A stretch of DNA of 64,000 nt from an uncultured delta proteobacterium. GTDB taxonomy: Bacteria > Myxococcota_A > Polyangia > Polyangiales > JAFGIB01. The position numbers and the translations under genes are program-made. The stretch is taken from assembly GCA_963778655.1 (NCBI GenBank), contig CAVZVA010000002.1:224001-288000 (forward strand), given 5' to 3'. The notes beneath the pieces are model-generated. The model was not told where the DNA came from. It saw only the letters and a program-made list of their open reading frames with translations, and did not search any database. Shown piece by piece: positions 10,601 to 20,100 of this stretch. The number at the start of each line of letters is the position of its first letter. The first letter of the stretch is position 1.

Positions 10601-10990
10601 GGCGGCGTGCTGGGAGCGATGGAGACGCTCTACCAGCGCGCCAAGATCCAGGACGAGAGCCTGTACTACGAGTCGCTCAAGCACTCGGGCAAGCTGCCGA
10701 TCATCGGCGTCAACACCTTCGAGAACCCCGGCGCGGCGAACGCTCGCGTGGAGCCGCCGTCGGTGGCGCGCTCCACCGACGAGGAGAAGCGGGCCCAGCT
10801 CGACAACTTGCGCGCATTTCAGGGGCGAGCGGCTGAGCGTCGCGCGCCGGCGCTGCAGCAGCTGCGGCAGAGCGCCCGGCGTGGCGACAACGTGTTCGCC
10901 GCGCTGATGCAGGCGGTCAAGCACGCCAGCCTGGGCGAGATCACGAACGCGCTATTCGAGGTGGGCGGCGCCTACCGCCGCGCCATGTAG
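7610..10990 (+). CDS. icmF: Fused isobutyryl-CoA mutase / MeaI GTPase
   Basis: N-terminal B12-binding DGHDAAIN, P-loop GTGGAGKSS, ETAGIGQS and NKHD, then a mutase barrel (RMFAGEG with Phe specificity residue, ISGYHIAEAGA, SLHTNAYDEA). Confidence 0.95.
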   Translation: MRVVTATSLFDGHDAAINIVRRLLQSQGAEVIHLGHDRSVDEIVTAAIQEDADAIAVSSYQGGHNEFFRFMLDELRARGAGHVRVYGGGGGTILEHEARALEAYGVARIFGPEEGRALGLQGMVAAMLQPQGRPEPPAPAAEGVLLSPREPLAIARSISWLERFGPEGGPGVEALRAALRAHRTRPAPVLGFTGTGGAGKSSVVDELVRRLRRDAPEATLGLLLVDPSRRRSGGALLGDRIRFNAIHAPNVYVRSLATRRAHLSLSAAVADAVLVLQAAGFDLVLVETAGIGQSDSEIIDLADVSVYVMTPEFGAPSQLEKIDMLELGDVVVLNKHDRRGAADALRDVRKQWRRNHVAFDLADEQIPVFPTIASQWDDPGLERLYQHLRQRAIEAGAAVLDVPAPSAALEVAVQHGAVVPPERERYLAEIASAVRAYRAATEAQAEIAADAEAFARALHAFGGPPLAIAEALPQERAAAHASEPGRALRARYQAALEELAPELRAALRAWPETCARYQAESQHYQVRGRELSVENQVETLAHTKLPRVALPASRSWGELARYLRAEGLPGSFPFTAGVFPFKRKNEDPGRMFAGEGGPERTNRRFHLLAAGQPAVRLSTAFDSVTLYGRDPAERPDVYGKVGNSGVSVCTLDDAKKLYSGFDLCDPRTSVSMTINGPAPTVLAFFLNAAIDQQVEKHLRQSGRLEQVRARFAGRGLPEYRGPLPQGHDGLGLGLLGIAGDEAVDAETYARIAAEVLRTVRGTVQADILKEDQAQNTCIFSTGFALRLMGDIQSYFVEHAVGNFYSVSISGYHIAEAGANPITQLAFTLANGFTYVEHYLARGMKIDDFAPSFSFFFSNGLDAEYNVIGRVARRIWAIALRERYGGAERSQKLKYHVQTSGRSLHAQEMAFNDIRTTLQALSGLFDNCNSLHTNAYDEAVTTPTEESVRRAVAIQLIIQRELGLAQNENPIQGSYVIERLTDLVEEAVLQELERLSERGGVLGAMETLYQRAKIQDESLYYESLKHSGKLPIIGVNTFENPGAANARVEPPSVARSTDEEKRAQLDNLRAFQGRAAERRAPALQQLRQSARRGDNVFAALMQAVKHASLGEITNALFEVGGAYRRAM

Positions 10991-11030
10991 CGCTGGATGC
11001 GACGCTCGCGTCGCAAGAGCCCTGACACGC

Positions 11031-11106
11031 GAAGGCGGGAAGACGGGAAGATCGTCCGATCGGGCGGACAACAATCATCGCTCTTCCCGTCTTCCCGTCT
11101 TCCTGC
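11031..11106. repeat. Long inverted repeat built from CTTCCCGT octamers (REP-like; possible terminator after icmF)
   Basis: Arms GAAGGCGGGAAGACGGGAAGA (11031-11051) and TCTTCCCGTCTTCCCGTCTTC (11082-11102) pair over 21 nt with one G-U; inner GTCCG/CGGAC hairpin. Confidence 0.7.
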
Positions 11107-11243
11107 TGATATCCGAAAAGCGGTACGCGCACGTCGTACGCCTTGGCCGGTCCGCGGGGCGGCGCTAAGGTAGCTGCGGCTTGCCGCGCCGCGCCCTGCT
11201 CGCCGCGCGTGGTTCCGCCGCCACCACCTTCAGGAGGTCGCTC

Positions 11244-12365
11244 ATGCGCGCCGTCGCCGTGTTTCCCGCTGAAAAGCGCATCCGTGTGATCGACCATCCC
11301 GAGCCTCGCTTGCAGCGCGACGACGACGTCGAGCTGCGCATGCTCGACATTGGCGTGTGCGGCACCGACCGCGAGATCGCGCGCTTCGACTACGGCTCAC
11401 CGCCCGCGGGCAGCGACTACCTCGTGATCGGGCACGAATCGCTGGGCGAGGTGCTGCAGGTGGGCGCCGCGGTCGAGGGCCTGCATCCCGGCGACCTGGT
11501 GGTGACGATGGTGCGGCGGCCGTGCGGGCAGCCGCAGTGCCCCGCCTGCGCCGTTGGCCGCCAGGACTTCTGCCTGACGGGCGCATTCACCGAGCGTGGG
11601 ATCAACCGCCGCCACGGGTTCATGACCGAGCGCGTGGTCGATCAGGCGCGCTACATGCACAGGGTGCCGGCCGAGCTGCGCGAGGTCGGCGTGCTGGTGG
11701 AGCCGCTGACCATCGCGGAGAAGGCTTTGATCGAGGTGGTCGACGTCGAGGACCGCCTGCCATGGGTACCGCGGGGCGAGGCGCGCAAGGACGGCCGGCG
11801 GGCGCTGGTGCTCGGCGCCGGCCCCGTGGGCTTGCTGGGCGCGATGGCCTTGCGCGTTCGAGGCTTCGAAACTTGGGTGTACTCGCTCGAGCCGGCGGAC
11901 AGCGAAAAGGCGCGCTGGGTCGGCTCGATCGGGGCGCGCTACCTGTGCGCCAAGGATCACCAGGTGGCCGCGCTGGCGGCCGAGATCGGCAACATCGATC
12001 TGATGTACGAGGCCACCGGCGCCTCCGGCCTCTCGTTCGAGGCGATGAAGGCGCTCGGCGTCAACGGCGTGTTCATCTTCACCGGTGTGCCCGGACGCAA
12101 GGGTCCAATCGAGCTCGATGCCGACACGGTGATGCGCAACCTGGTGCTGAAGAACCAGCTGGTCTACGGCACCGTCAACGCCGGCCCGGACGCATTTCGC
12201 AACGCGGTGGCCGACCTGTCCGAGCTCCACCGCCGCTGGCCGCAGCAGCTGCGCGCCCTGATCACCGGCCGCTATGCGCCCGAAGCGTTCGAGGACCTGC
12301 TGCTGGGGCCGCCTTCGGGCATCAAGCGCGTGGTCAGCTTCGCGCAGGACGCACGGCGCTCATGA
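11244..12365 (+). CDS. Zn-dependent glucose 1-dehydrogenase (MDR family)
   Basis: GVCGTD, GHE, structural Zn Cys cluster (C..CPAC..C), EPLTIAEKA, GAGPVG and YGTVNA; AGGAGG RBS upstream of ATG 11244. Confidence 0.88.
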   Translation: MRAVAVFPAEKRIRVIDHPEPRLQRDDDVELRMLDIGVCGTDREIARFDYGSPPAGSDYLVIGHESLGEVLQVGAAVEGLHPGDLVVTMVRRPCGQPQCPACAVGRQDFCLTGAFTERGINRRHGFMTERVVDQARYMHRVPAELREVGVLVEPLTIAEKALIEVVDVEDRLPWVPRGEARKDGRRALVLGAGPVGLLGAMALRVRGFETWVYSLEPADSEKARWVGSIGARYLCAKDHQVAALAAEIGNIDLMYEATGASGLSFEAMKALGVNGVFIFTGVPGRKGPIELDADTVMRNLVLKNQLVYGTVNAGPDAFRNAVADLSELHRRWPQQLRALITGRYAPEAFEDLLLGPPSGIKRVVSFAQDARRS

Positions 12366-15052
12366 CGGCCCCGGACCCGGGTCCCGTCCAGCAACGGCTC
12401 GACCAGGCCGACCGCGGCGAGCAGGACTGGCGCTTGTTCGGACCCTACCTCGCGGAGCGGCAGTGGGGCACGGTGCGCGAGGACTACTCCGAGGATGCCG
12501 ATGTCTGGCGCTACCTGCCGCACGATCACGCGCGCAGCCGCGCCTATCGTTGGGGCGAGGACGGGCTGCTCGGGCTCAGCGACCGGGAATGTCGGCTGTG
12601 CTTCGCGCTGGCGCTGTGGAACGGCAAGGATCCCATTCTCAAGGAACGGCTGTTCGGCCTCAACGGCCATGAAGGCAACCACGGCGAGGACGTCAAGGAG
12701 CTCTACTACTACCTCGACGCCACGCCCTGCTATTCGTACCTGCGGGCGCTGTACAAGTACCCGCAGGCGGAGTTTCCCTACGCGCGGCTGTGCCAGCAGA
12801 ACGCGGCCCGTAGCCGGGCCGAGCCCGAATTCGAGCTGGAGGATACCGGCCTGCTGGAGCAGGGGCGCTACTTCGACGTGTCGGTCGAGTACGCCAAGGC
12901 GAGCCCAGAGGACGTGCTGATCCGAATCCGCTGCACCAACCGCGGCCCCGAGCCGGCGACGCTGCAGGTGCTGCCGACGCTGTGGCTGCGCAACACCTGG
13001 GCCTGGGGACGGAGCGGCGAGGGCTACTGGCCCAAGGGGCGCATCGCCCGCGCCGCCTTCGGGCTGGCGGCCGATCACCCCTCGCTCGGCGCGTACGCGC
13101 TCGCCTGCGACACGCTCGACGGAGCGGCGCCACGCCTGCTGTTCACTGACAACGAGACCAACGCCGAGCGGCTGTTCGGGGCGCGCAACGCCTCGTCCTA
13201 CGTGAAGGACGCGTTTCACCGCCACCTGTGCGGGGGCGAGCGGGCAGCCGTCAACCCGGAGCAGAACGGCACCAAGGCCGCGGCCTGGTACACGCTCGCG
13301 CTGGGCGCGGGCGAGCAGCGCGAGCTGAGGCTGAGGCTGTGCGCGCGCGAGCAGCTCGCGTCCGGCGGGGCTTTCGCGGGATTCGCTCAGCTGTTCGAGC
13401 GGCGGCAGCAGGAAGCCGACCAGTTCTTCCTGGCGCGGCGTGATGCGCCGCTCTCGGCGCAGGAGCGCAAGGTGGCTCGCCAGGCCGATGCCGGCTTGCT
13501 GTGGTCGCGGCAGTTCTATTGCTACGTCGTGCCGCAGTGGCTCGAAGGCGATCCGGCGCAACCGCCCCCGCCGCCCGCGCGTCGCAGAGGCCGCAACAGC
13601 CAGTGGCGCCAGCTCTGGGCGCGCGACGTGATCTCGATGCCGGACAAGTGGGAGTACCCGTGGTTCGCGTCGTGGGACCTGGCGTTTCAGTGCGTCGCTG
13701 CCGCGCGCATCGACCCGGGCTTCGCCAAGCAGCAGCTCTTGCTGCTCACCCGCGAGTGGTACATGCACCCCAACGCAGACCTTCCCGCCTACGAGTTCGA
13801 GTTCGGCGATTGCAATCCGCCGCTCCACGCCTGGGCGGCCTGGCGGGTGTACCGGCTCAGCGCGCAACAGGGTCGCGGCCACGACCGGCTGTTTCTCGAG
13901 TCGGTATTCCAGAAGTGCATCGCCAACTTCACCCACTGGGTGAACCGCAAGGACATGGACGGTAACAACCTGTTCGCGGGGGGCTTCCTGGGGCTGGACA
14001 ACGTGGGCGTGTTCGATCGCTCGCGCCCTCTGCCCGGCGACGGGCGGCTGGAGCAAGCCGACGCCACCGCGTGGATGGCCTTCTACGCCAGCACCATGCT
14101 CGCGATCGCGCTGGAGCTGGCGGCCGAGGATGCCGCGTACGGCGACATCGCCTCGAAATTCTTCGAGCACTTTCTGGCCATCGCGCAGGCGATCAACGAG
14201 CTGGGCGGCAGCGGGCTATGGGACGAGCAGGACGGCTTCTACTACGACCACGCCCAGTTCGCGGGCCAGAGCGTCCCGCTGCGCGTCCGCTCCATGGTGG
14301 GGATCATTCCACTGTTCGCGGCCGAGTCGCTCGAAGCCGCGCAGATCGCTCGGCTGCCGCTGTTCCTCGAACGCGTGCAGTGGTTCCTGAGCAACCGCCC
14401 CGACCTCACCGGTGAGATCGCGTGCATGCGCGAGGACCCATCCAAGCAAAGGCGTCTGCTCTCGATCGTCCCGCCCGAGCGCCTGGTGCGCGTGCTGCGC
14501 TACGTGCTCGACGAACACGAGCTGCTGTCTCCGTTCGGCGTGCGCTCGCTGTCCAAGTACCACGCCGACCATCCGTACGTGCTCGACGAGGCCGGGCAGC
14601 ACGGCGAGGTGCGCTACGCGCCCGGCGAGTCGCCGAGCGGGCTGTTCGGCGGCAATTCGAACTGGCGTGGCCCGGTGTGGTTTCCGCTCAACTACCTGCT
14701 GATCGAGGCGCTCAAGCGCCATCATCACTTCTATGGCAGCGCGCTTCGAGTCGAGTGCCCGGTCGGGTCGGGCCGCATGTGCACGCTGCGCGAGGTGGCC
14801 CAGATGCTCGAGCGGCGCCTGGCCGCGCTCTTCCTGCCGGACGGCGCCGGGCGCAGCCCGTGGCAGGGCGACGCCAGCCTGTACCGGCAGGACCCGTCCT
14901 TCGCGGGGCTGGTGCTGTTTCACGAGTACTTCCACGGCGAGCACGGCAAGGGGCTGGGGGCCAGTCATCAGACCGGCTGGACCGCGCTCGCGGCCAACGT
15001 GCTGGAGCGCGTCGCCTCGGTGCGGGGCGCTCGCGAGCACAGCGGTTCGTAA
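12362..15052 (+). CDS. Glycoside hydrolase family 63-like (MGH1-like) glucosidase
   Basis: RQWGTVREDYS, RWGEDG, MPDKWEYPWFASWDLAF, NWRGPVW and GLGASHQTGWT; ATGA overlap with the upstream dehydrogenase. Confidence 0.88.
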   Translation: MTAPDPGPVQQRLDQADRGEQDWRLFGPYLAERQWGTVREDYSEDADVWRYLPHDHARSRAYRWGEDGLLGLSDRECRLCFALALWNGKDPILKERLFGLNGHEGNHGEDVKELYYYLDATPCYSYLRALYKYPQAEFPYARLCQQNAARSRAEPEFELEDTGLLEQGRYFDVSVEYAKASPEDVLIRIRCTNRGPEPATLQVLPTLWLRNTWAWGRSGEGYWPKGRIARAAFGLAADHPSLGAYALACDTLDGAAPRLLFTDNETNAERLFGARNASSYVKDAFHRHLCGGERAAVNPEQNGTKAAAWYTLALGAGEQRELRLRLCAREQLASGGAFAGFAQLFERRQQEADQFFLARRDAPLSAQERKVARQADAGLLWSRQFYCYVVPQWLEGDPAQPPPPPARRRGRNSQWRQLWARDVISMPDKWEYPWFASWDLAFQCVAAARIDPGFAKQQLLLLTREWYMHPNADLPAYEFEFGDCNPPLHAWAAWRVYRLSAQQGRGHDRLFLESVFQKCIANFTHWVNRKDMDGNNLFAGGFLGLDNVGVFDRSRPLPGDGRLEQADATAWMAFYASTMLAIALELAAEDAAYGDIASKFFEHFLAIAQAINELGGSGLWDEQDGFYYDHAQFAGQSVPLRVRSMVGIIPLFAAESLEAAQIARLPLFLERVQWFLSNRPDLTGEIACMREDPSKQRRLLSIVPPERLVRVLRYVLDEHELLSPFGVRSLSKYHADHPYVLDEAGQHGEVRYAPGESPSGLFGGNSNWRGPVWFPLNYLLIEALKRHHHFYGSALRVECPVGSGRMCTLREVAQMLERRLAALFLPDGAGRSPWQGDASLYRQDPSFAGLVLFHEYFHGEHGKGLGASHQTGWTALAANVLERVASVRGAREHSGS

Positions 15053-15345
15053 GCCCGTTCCGGGTTTCCGCCCCAATGCGCCCTCGGTTCTCTTGTCATC
15101 GGGAGAAGCACGCGTTCCTCCCGCCCCACCGTCCCGCGAGGGTCGCTTCGCTCCCGCGTGGCCCGAACCGTGATCGAGACTGCAGGCGTCGTGCTGGACG
15201 CCGGGCCGGCGGCTTGCCTACATGCGCGCCCGCCGGTCTCTCGACCTGTGGGCGACCGCCACGCTAAGATCGGGCGGCGTCGCGGCTCGCCCAGCGGAGT
15301 GCTCCCGGCATCGTGGGCTGTGTACATCGCGCGGCCCGGATCCCC

Positions 15346-17184
15346 ATGCGATTTGCCCTCGCTCCGCACGCCGATCGGAGCCGTTGCTTCGCCCACAACC
15401 GCCGCGCCCTGCCCCGCCGCAGCTGCGCGCGGCACGCAGTCGCACCCGCGATGCTCGGCGCCGCGCTCGCGCTCGGCGCCTGGCTCGCCGCCGGCGCCGC
15501 GCAGGCACAGAGCAAGGGCTTCGCCCTCGATCGCTACGAGCGCGCCGCCTTCGGCAGCGACTGGTTCGTCGGCGAGTCGCTCGACCTGCGCGGCCGCGCG
15601 CGTCCAGCGCTGGGGCTCACGCTCGATTGGTCGCACAAGCCGCTGGTACTTTACGACGCGCAGGGCAAGGAAGTTGCGGCGCTGCTCAAAGACCAGCTCT
15701 ACGCGCACCTCGGGGGCGAGCTGACGCTCTTCGACCGGGTGCGCTTCGGTGTGGAGCTGCCGGTTGAGCTGTTTCAATCCGGCCAGGCCGCCACGCTCGG
15801 CACCACCACGCTCGCCCCCTCGACCAGCGCGAGCGTGGGCGACATGCGACTCGGCGCAGCCGTGCGCCTGCTCGGCGTGTACGGCGAGGCCGTGACGCTG
15901 GCCGCAGGCCTACAGCTGCACCTGCCGAGCGGCAGCCGCAACGCCTATACCGGCGACGGCAAGGTGCGGCTAACGCCGCGGGTGATGGTCGCAGGCGAGA
16001 TCGCGGCCTTCGCCTATTCGGCCAGCGCCGGCTTCAACTACCGTGCGCAGGGCGAGCGCCTGGCGACGGTCGCGACCGGCAGCGAGCTGTTGCTCTCGGC
16101 CACCGCCGGCGTGCGCGTGCTCGATCGCAAGCTGCTGCTGGGGCCGGAGCTGTGGGGCTCGACCGTGGTCAGCAAGGGCGCCGCCTTCGGGAAGGAGACG
16201 ACGCCGTTCGAGGTCGTGCTGGGCGGCCACTACCGCATCCCCGATTTCATCTTCGGGCTCGGGATCGGCCCCGGACTCACACGAGGCCTGGGCGCGCCCG
16301 CGCTGCGTGTGTTGGCATCGCTCGACTTCATCCCCGACATCCCACCGCCGGTCGAACGCGTGGTCGAGCCTGAGCCGCCGCCGCAGGATCGCGATCACGA
16401 CGGCGTGGTCGACGCAGAGGACGCCTGCCCCGATACGCCGGGCCAGAAGAACAGCGATCCGCGCAAGAACGGCTGCCCGCCGGACCGCGACGACGACGGC
16501 GTCCCCGATGCCGAGGACGCCTGCCCCGACACCCCAGGCCAGAAGAGCGACGACGCGAGCAAGAACGGTTGCCCCGCGGACCGCGACGGAGACGGAGTCG
16601 CCGATGCCGAGGACGCCTGCGCTGACACCCCGGGCCACAGGAGCGACGACCCCGGCAAGAACGGCTGTCCGCCCGATCGCGACGGCGACGGAGTGCTCGA
16701 TACCGAGGATGCCTGCCCGGATGCGCCTGGCGAGCGCAACGCGGACCCGCGCAAGAACGGCTGCCCGGCGGCGCGCGTCGAGCAGGGCCAGATCAAGATC
16801 CTCGAGCGCATCGAGTTCAAGACCAACAGCGCGGAGCTGCTGCCTTCGAGCGATCCCGTGCTCGAGGCGGTGCGCAAGATCCTCGAAGAGCACGCGGAGA
16901 TCACCCGACTTGCGGTCGAGGGCCACACCGACAACGTGGGCAAGGCCGAATACAACGACCGCTTGAGCCAGCGCCGTGCCAACAGCGTGCTCAAGTGGCT
17001 GACCAAGCACGGTATCGCGCGCGCGCGCCTCGAGGCCCACGGCTTCGGGATGCGCAGGCCGATCGAGAGCAACTTCACCGCGGAGGGCCGCGAGCACAAC
17101 CGCCGCGTCGAGTTCCACATCAAGGAGCTGGACGGCAAGCCCGCAACCACGAGCGCCGGCGAGGACAGCCAACAGGAGAAGTGA
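15346..17184 (+). CDS. OmpA-family outer-membrane protein: beta-barrel + thrombospondin type-3 repeats + OmpA C-terminal domain (TraB-like); start uncertain (15346 or 15451)
   Basis: Signal peptide ending AQA-Q, amphipathic beta-strands, four DRDxDG..D..D.CP repeats, and C-terminal EGHTDNVG...NDRLSQRRA...NRRVEF. Confidence 0.9.
   Translation: MRFALAPHADRSRCFAHNRRALPRRSCARHAVAPAMLGAALALGAWLAAGAAQAQSKGFALDRYERAAFGSDWFVGESLDLRGRARPALGLTLDWSHKPLVLYDAQGKEVAALLKDQLYAHLGGELTLFDRVRFGVELPVELFQSGQAATLGTTTLAPSTSASVGDMRLGAAVRLLGVYGEAVTLAAGLQLHLPSGSRNAYTGDGKVRLTPRVMVAGEIAAFAYSASAGFNYRAQGERLATVATGSELLLSATAGVRVLDRKLLLGPELWGSTVVSKGAAFGKETTPFEVVLGGHYRIPDFIFGLGIGPGLTRGLGAPALRVLASLDFIPDIPPPVERVVEPEPPPQDRDHDGVVDAEDACPDTPGQKNSDPRKNGCPPDRDDDGVPDAEDACPDTPGQKSDDASKNGCPADRDGDGVADAEDACADTPGHRSDDPGKNGCPPDRDGDGVLDTEDACPDAPGERNADPRKNGCPAARVEQGQIKILERIEFKTNSAELLPSSDPVLEAVRKILEEHAEITRLAVEGHTDNVGKAEYNDRLSQRRANSVLKWLTKHGIARARLEAHGFGMRRPIESNFTAEGREHNRRVEFHIKELDGKPATTSAGEDSQQEK
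16387..16770 (+). repeat. 4 x 96-nt (32-aa) TSP3-like Ca-binding tandem repeats
   Basis: Units start at 16387, 16483, 16579 and 16675; consensus DRDxDGVxDxEDACPDxPGxxxxDxxKNGCP. Confidence 0.9.
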
Positions 17185-17185
17185 G

Positions 17186-20100
17186 ATGGCAAGCTTTCAC
17201 CGGAAGCACGCAGCGCTCGAGACCAGCCTCGCCCTCGGCGCAATGAACCCCGCAGTCGGCGCGACGCGCAGGACGCGGGCTTGGTGGCTGCTCGGGTTGC
17301 TGCTGCTGGCTCGCGCGCAGACCGCCTGGGCCGACCCGGCGCTGCGCGTGCAGATGGACGTACACGGCGACTTCGTGCTGTTCGGCAACACGGTCGCGCA
17401 GGATTGCGCCACGTTCTTTCCGGCGATCCCCGCTCCGGTGGTCGGCACCATCGGCACCTGCCCGGACGGCAACACCTTCGCGCCCGACGCTTACTGGCGC
17501 GCCGACGATCCCGGCAGCGGCCAGGCCCTCGCCGACACCTCCATAGCGCCGGCCGACGCGCGCAGCACGGCCGTGCTGGTGCTGCCTGAAGACGCCAACG
17601 TGGTGTACGCACGGCTGTACTGGGGCGCGCTCAGCGCCGCGAGCGGCCCCGACACCAGCGTGCGCGTGCAGCGCCCGAGCACCGGCCTCGACACCATGGT
17701 CAGCGCCGACGACAGCGCGATGGTCAACGATGCCAACACCGGCCGCTTCTGGTATCAGTCCACCGCCGACGTGACCAGCCTGGTCAAGGCGCAAGGCCCC
17801 GGCGCGTACCGCCTGGCCGACATCGAGTCGGCGAACCTCGTCGGTCTCAACGATACCCACGCGGTGATCGCCTGGTACATGGTGGTGCTGTATCGGCTCG
17901 GCGGCGAGCCCTCGCGCAACATCGCGATCTTCGATGGGCTGGATCTGGTCGACCAGAGCGTGGGCAACGCGTCGGCTTCGCTCACCGGCTTCCTGGTGCC
18001 CAACGCGGGCTTCGACGCCAAGCTGGGGGTGGTCGCGTACGAAGGCGAGGCGGAGCTGCCGGGCGATTCGCTCTCCTTCAACGGCAGCACGCTCTCCAAC
18101 GGCCTCAACCCCGCTAACAACTTCTTCAACGCGAGCCGCACCTTCCTGGGAAGCGCCGTCACCAACGCAGGCGACCTGCCACAGCTGACCGGTGAGCCAC
18201 GCAGCCTGAGCAACGTCGACATCGACGTGGTCGACGTGACCAGCCTGGTCCAGGCCGGTGACTCCTCGGCCACGATCGCCGCCACCTCCACCATCGACAC
18301 CTACCTGCTCGGCGCGTTCATCACCTCGATTTCGACCTACAAGCCGGATTTCACCACCTCGACCAAGACCGTGACCGACCTCAACGGCGGCGCGTTGCGC
18401 CCGGGCGACGAGCTCGAATACGCGATCGCGGTCACCAACAACGGCAGCGACACCTCGACCAACACCGTGCTGACGGACACGCTGCCTTCGCAGGTCACGT
18501 TCGTGCCAGGCTCGCTCGAGATCGTGAGCGGCGCGAACGCCGGCGCCAAGACCGACGCCTCGGGCGACGACCAGGCCGAGTTCACGCCGGGTAGCTCCAC
18601 CGTCACCTTCCGGCTCGGCGCCGGCGCGACCTCTACGCAAGGCGGCGAGCTCGCAATCGGTGCGAGCAGCACGGTGCGCTTTCACGTGGTGGTCAACGCC
18701 GATGCCAGTGGGACGATCTCCAACCAGGCGGTCATCAACGCCAGGGGCCAGCAGGGCGCGCCGGCCGAGAACACGCTCACCGATGGCAACGGCGTGGAGC
18801 CCGGCTCGCCGCCGACCACCGTCACCGTGGATCTGTGCGAGGCCGACCAGGACTGCGCCAATCCCACGCCTTTCTGCGACGTCTCGAGCAGCCCCAAGCT
18901 GTGCGTGGCGTGCCTGACCAGCGCGCAGTGCAAGGACGCGAGCAAGCCCGACTGCAACTTCACCACGCACGTGTGCGAGTGCACCGGCGGCAACGGCAAC
19001 TGCGTCGACAGCGACGGCGACGGCCTCAGCGACGGCGCCGAGGCCGTGCTGGGCACCGATCCGCACGACGCCGACAGCGATGACGACGGCGTGCCGGACG
19101 GCAGCGAGCTGGCGCCAGACAAGGACAGCGACGGCGACGGGGTGATCAACGCGCTCGACGCCGACAGCGACAACGACGGGCTGTTCGACGGCACTGAGCT
19201 CGGGTTCGACTGCAGCGGCCCCGGCACCGACGCCGCGCGCGGCCACTGCCGACCCGACGCCGACATGGGCGCGACCACCACCAACCCCGTGGCCCGCGAC
19301 ACCGACGGCGGCGGCGCCAGCGATGGGTCGGAAGACTTCAACCTCGATGGCGCGATCGACCCCGGCGAGACCGATCCCACACTCGGCCACGGCGACGACG
19401 ACGCCTCGGTGAAGGACGCGGACCACGATGGGCTGGGCGACGAGCTCGAGAAGCACCTGCACAGTGATCCGAACGACGCCGACAGCGACGACGACGGCGC
19501 GCTCGACGGCGAGGAGGCCAATCCCAGCGACGACGTCGATGGCGACAAGCTGATCTCCGTGCTGGACACCGACAGCGACAACGACGGCCTGTTCGATGGT
19601 ACCGAGCTGGGCAAGGGCTGCGACCGCAGCGCGACCGATGCGAGCAAGGGGCATTGCCGGCCCGACAGCGACGCGGGCGCCACGCTGACCTCGCCGCTGC
19701 TGCGCGACAGCGACGCGGGTGGGGCGAGCGACGGCTCCGAGGACAGCAACCTCAACGGCATCGTGGACGGGGCGGAGACCGATCCCACCCGAGGCCACGG
19801 CGGCGACGACGGCTCGGTCGTCGACTCCGACGGCGACGGGCTGTCCGACCCGCTCGAGGCCACGCTCGGCACCGACCCCAACGATGCGGACAGCGACGAC
19901 GACGGTGCGCTCGACGGCGAGGAGGCCAATCCCAGCGACGACAGCGATGGCGACGGCACGCTCAACGCGCTCGATCCGGACAGCGACGGCGACGGGCTGT
20001 TCGACGGCACCGAGCTGGGCAAGGGCTGCGGCGACGCGGCGACCGACGCCGGCCAGGGCCACTGCACGGCCGACGCGGACGCGGGCGCGACCACCACCAG

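Noticed and set aside
11357..12361. N-terminal extensions of ORF-track calls (11357-15052, 60373-63465, 59687-61582, 37695-39401, 49591-51288)
   Set aside because: They overlap other well-supported genes; better starts lie downstream.
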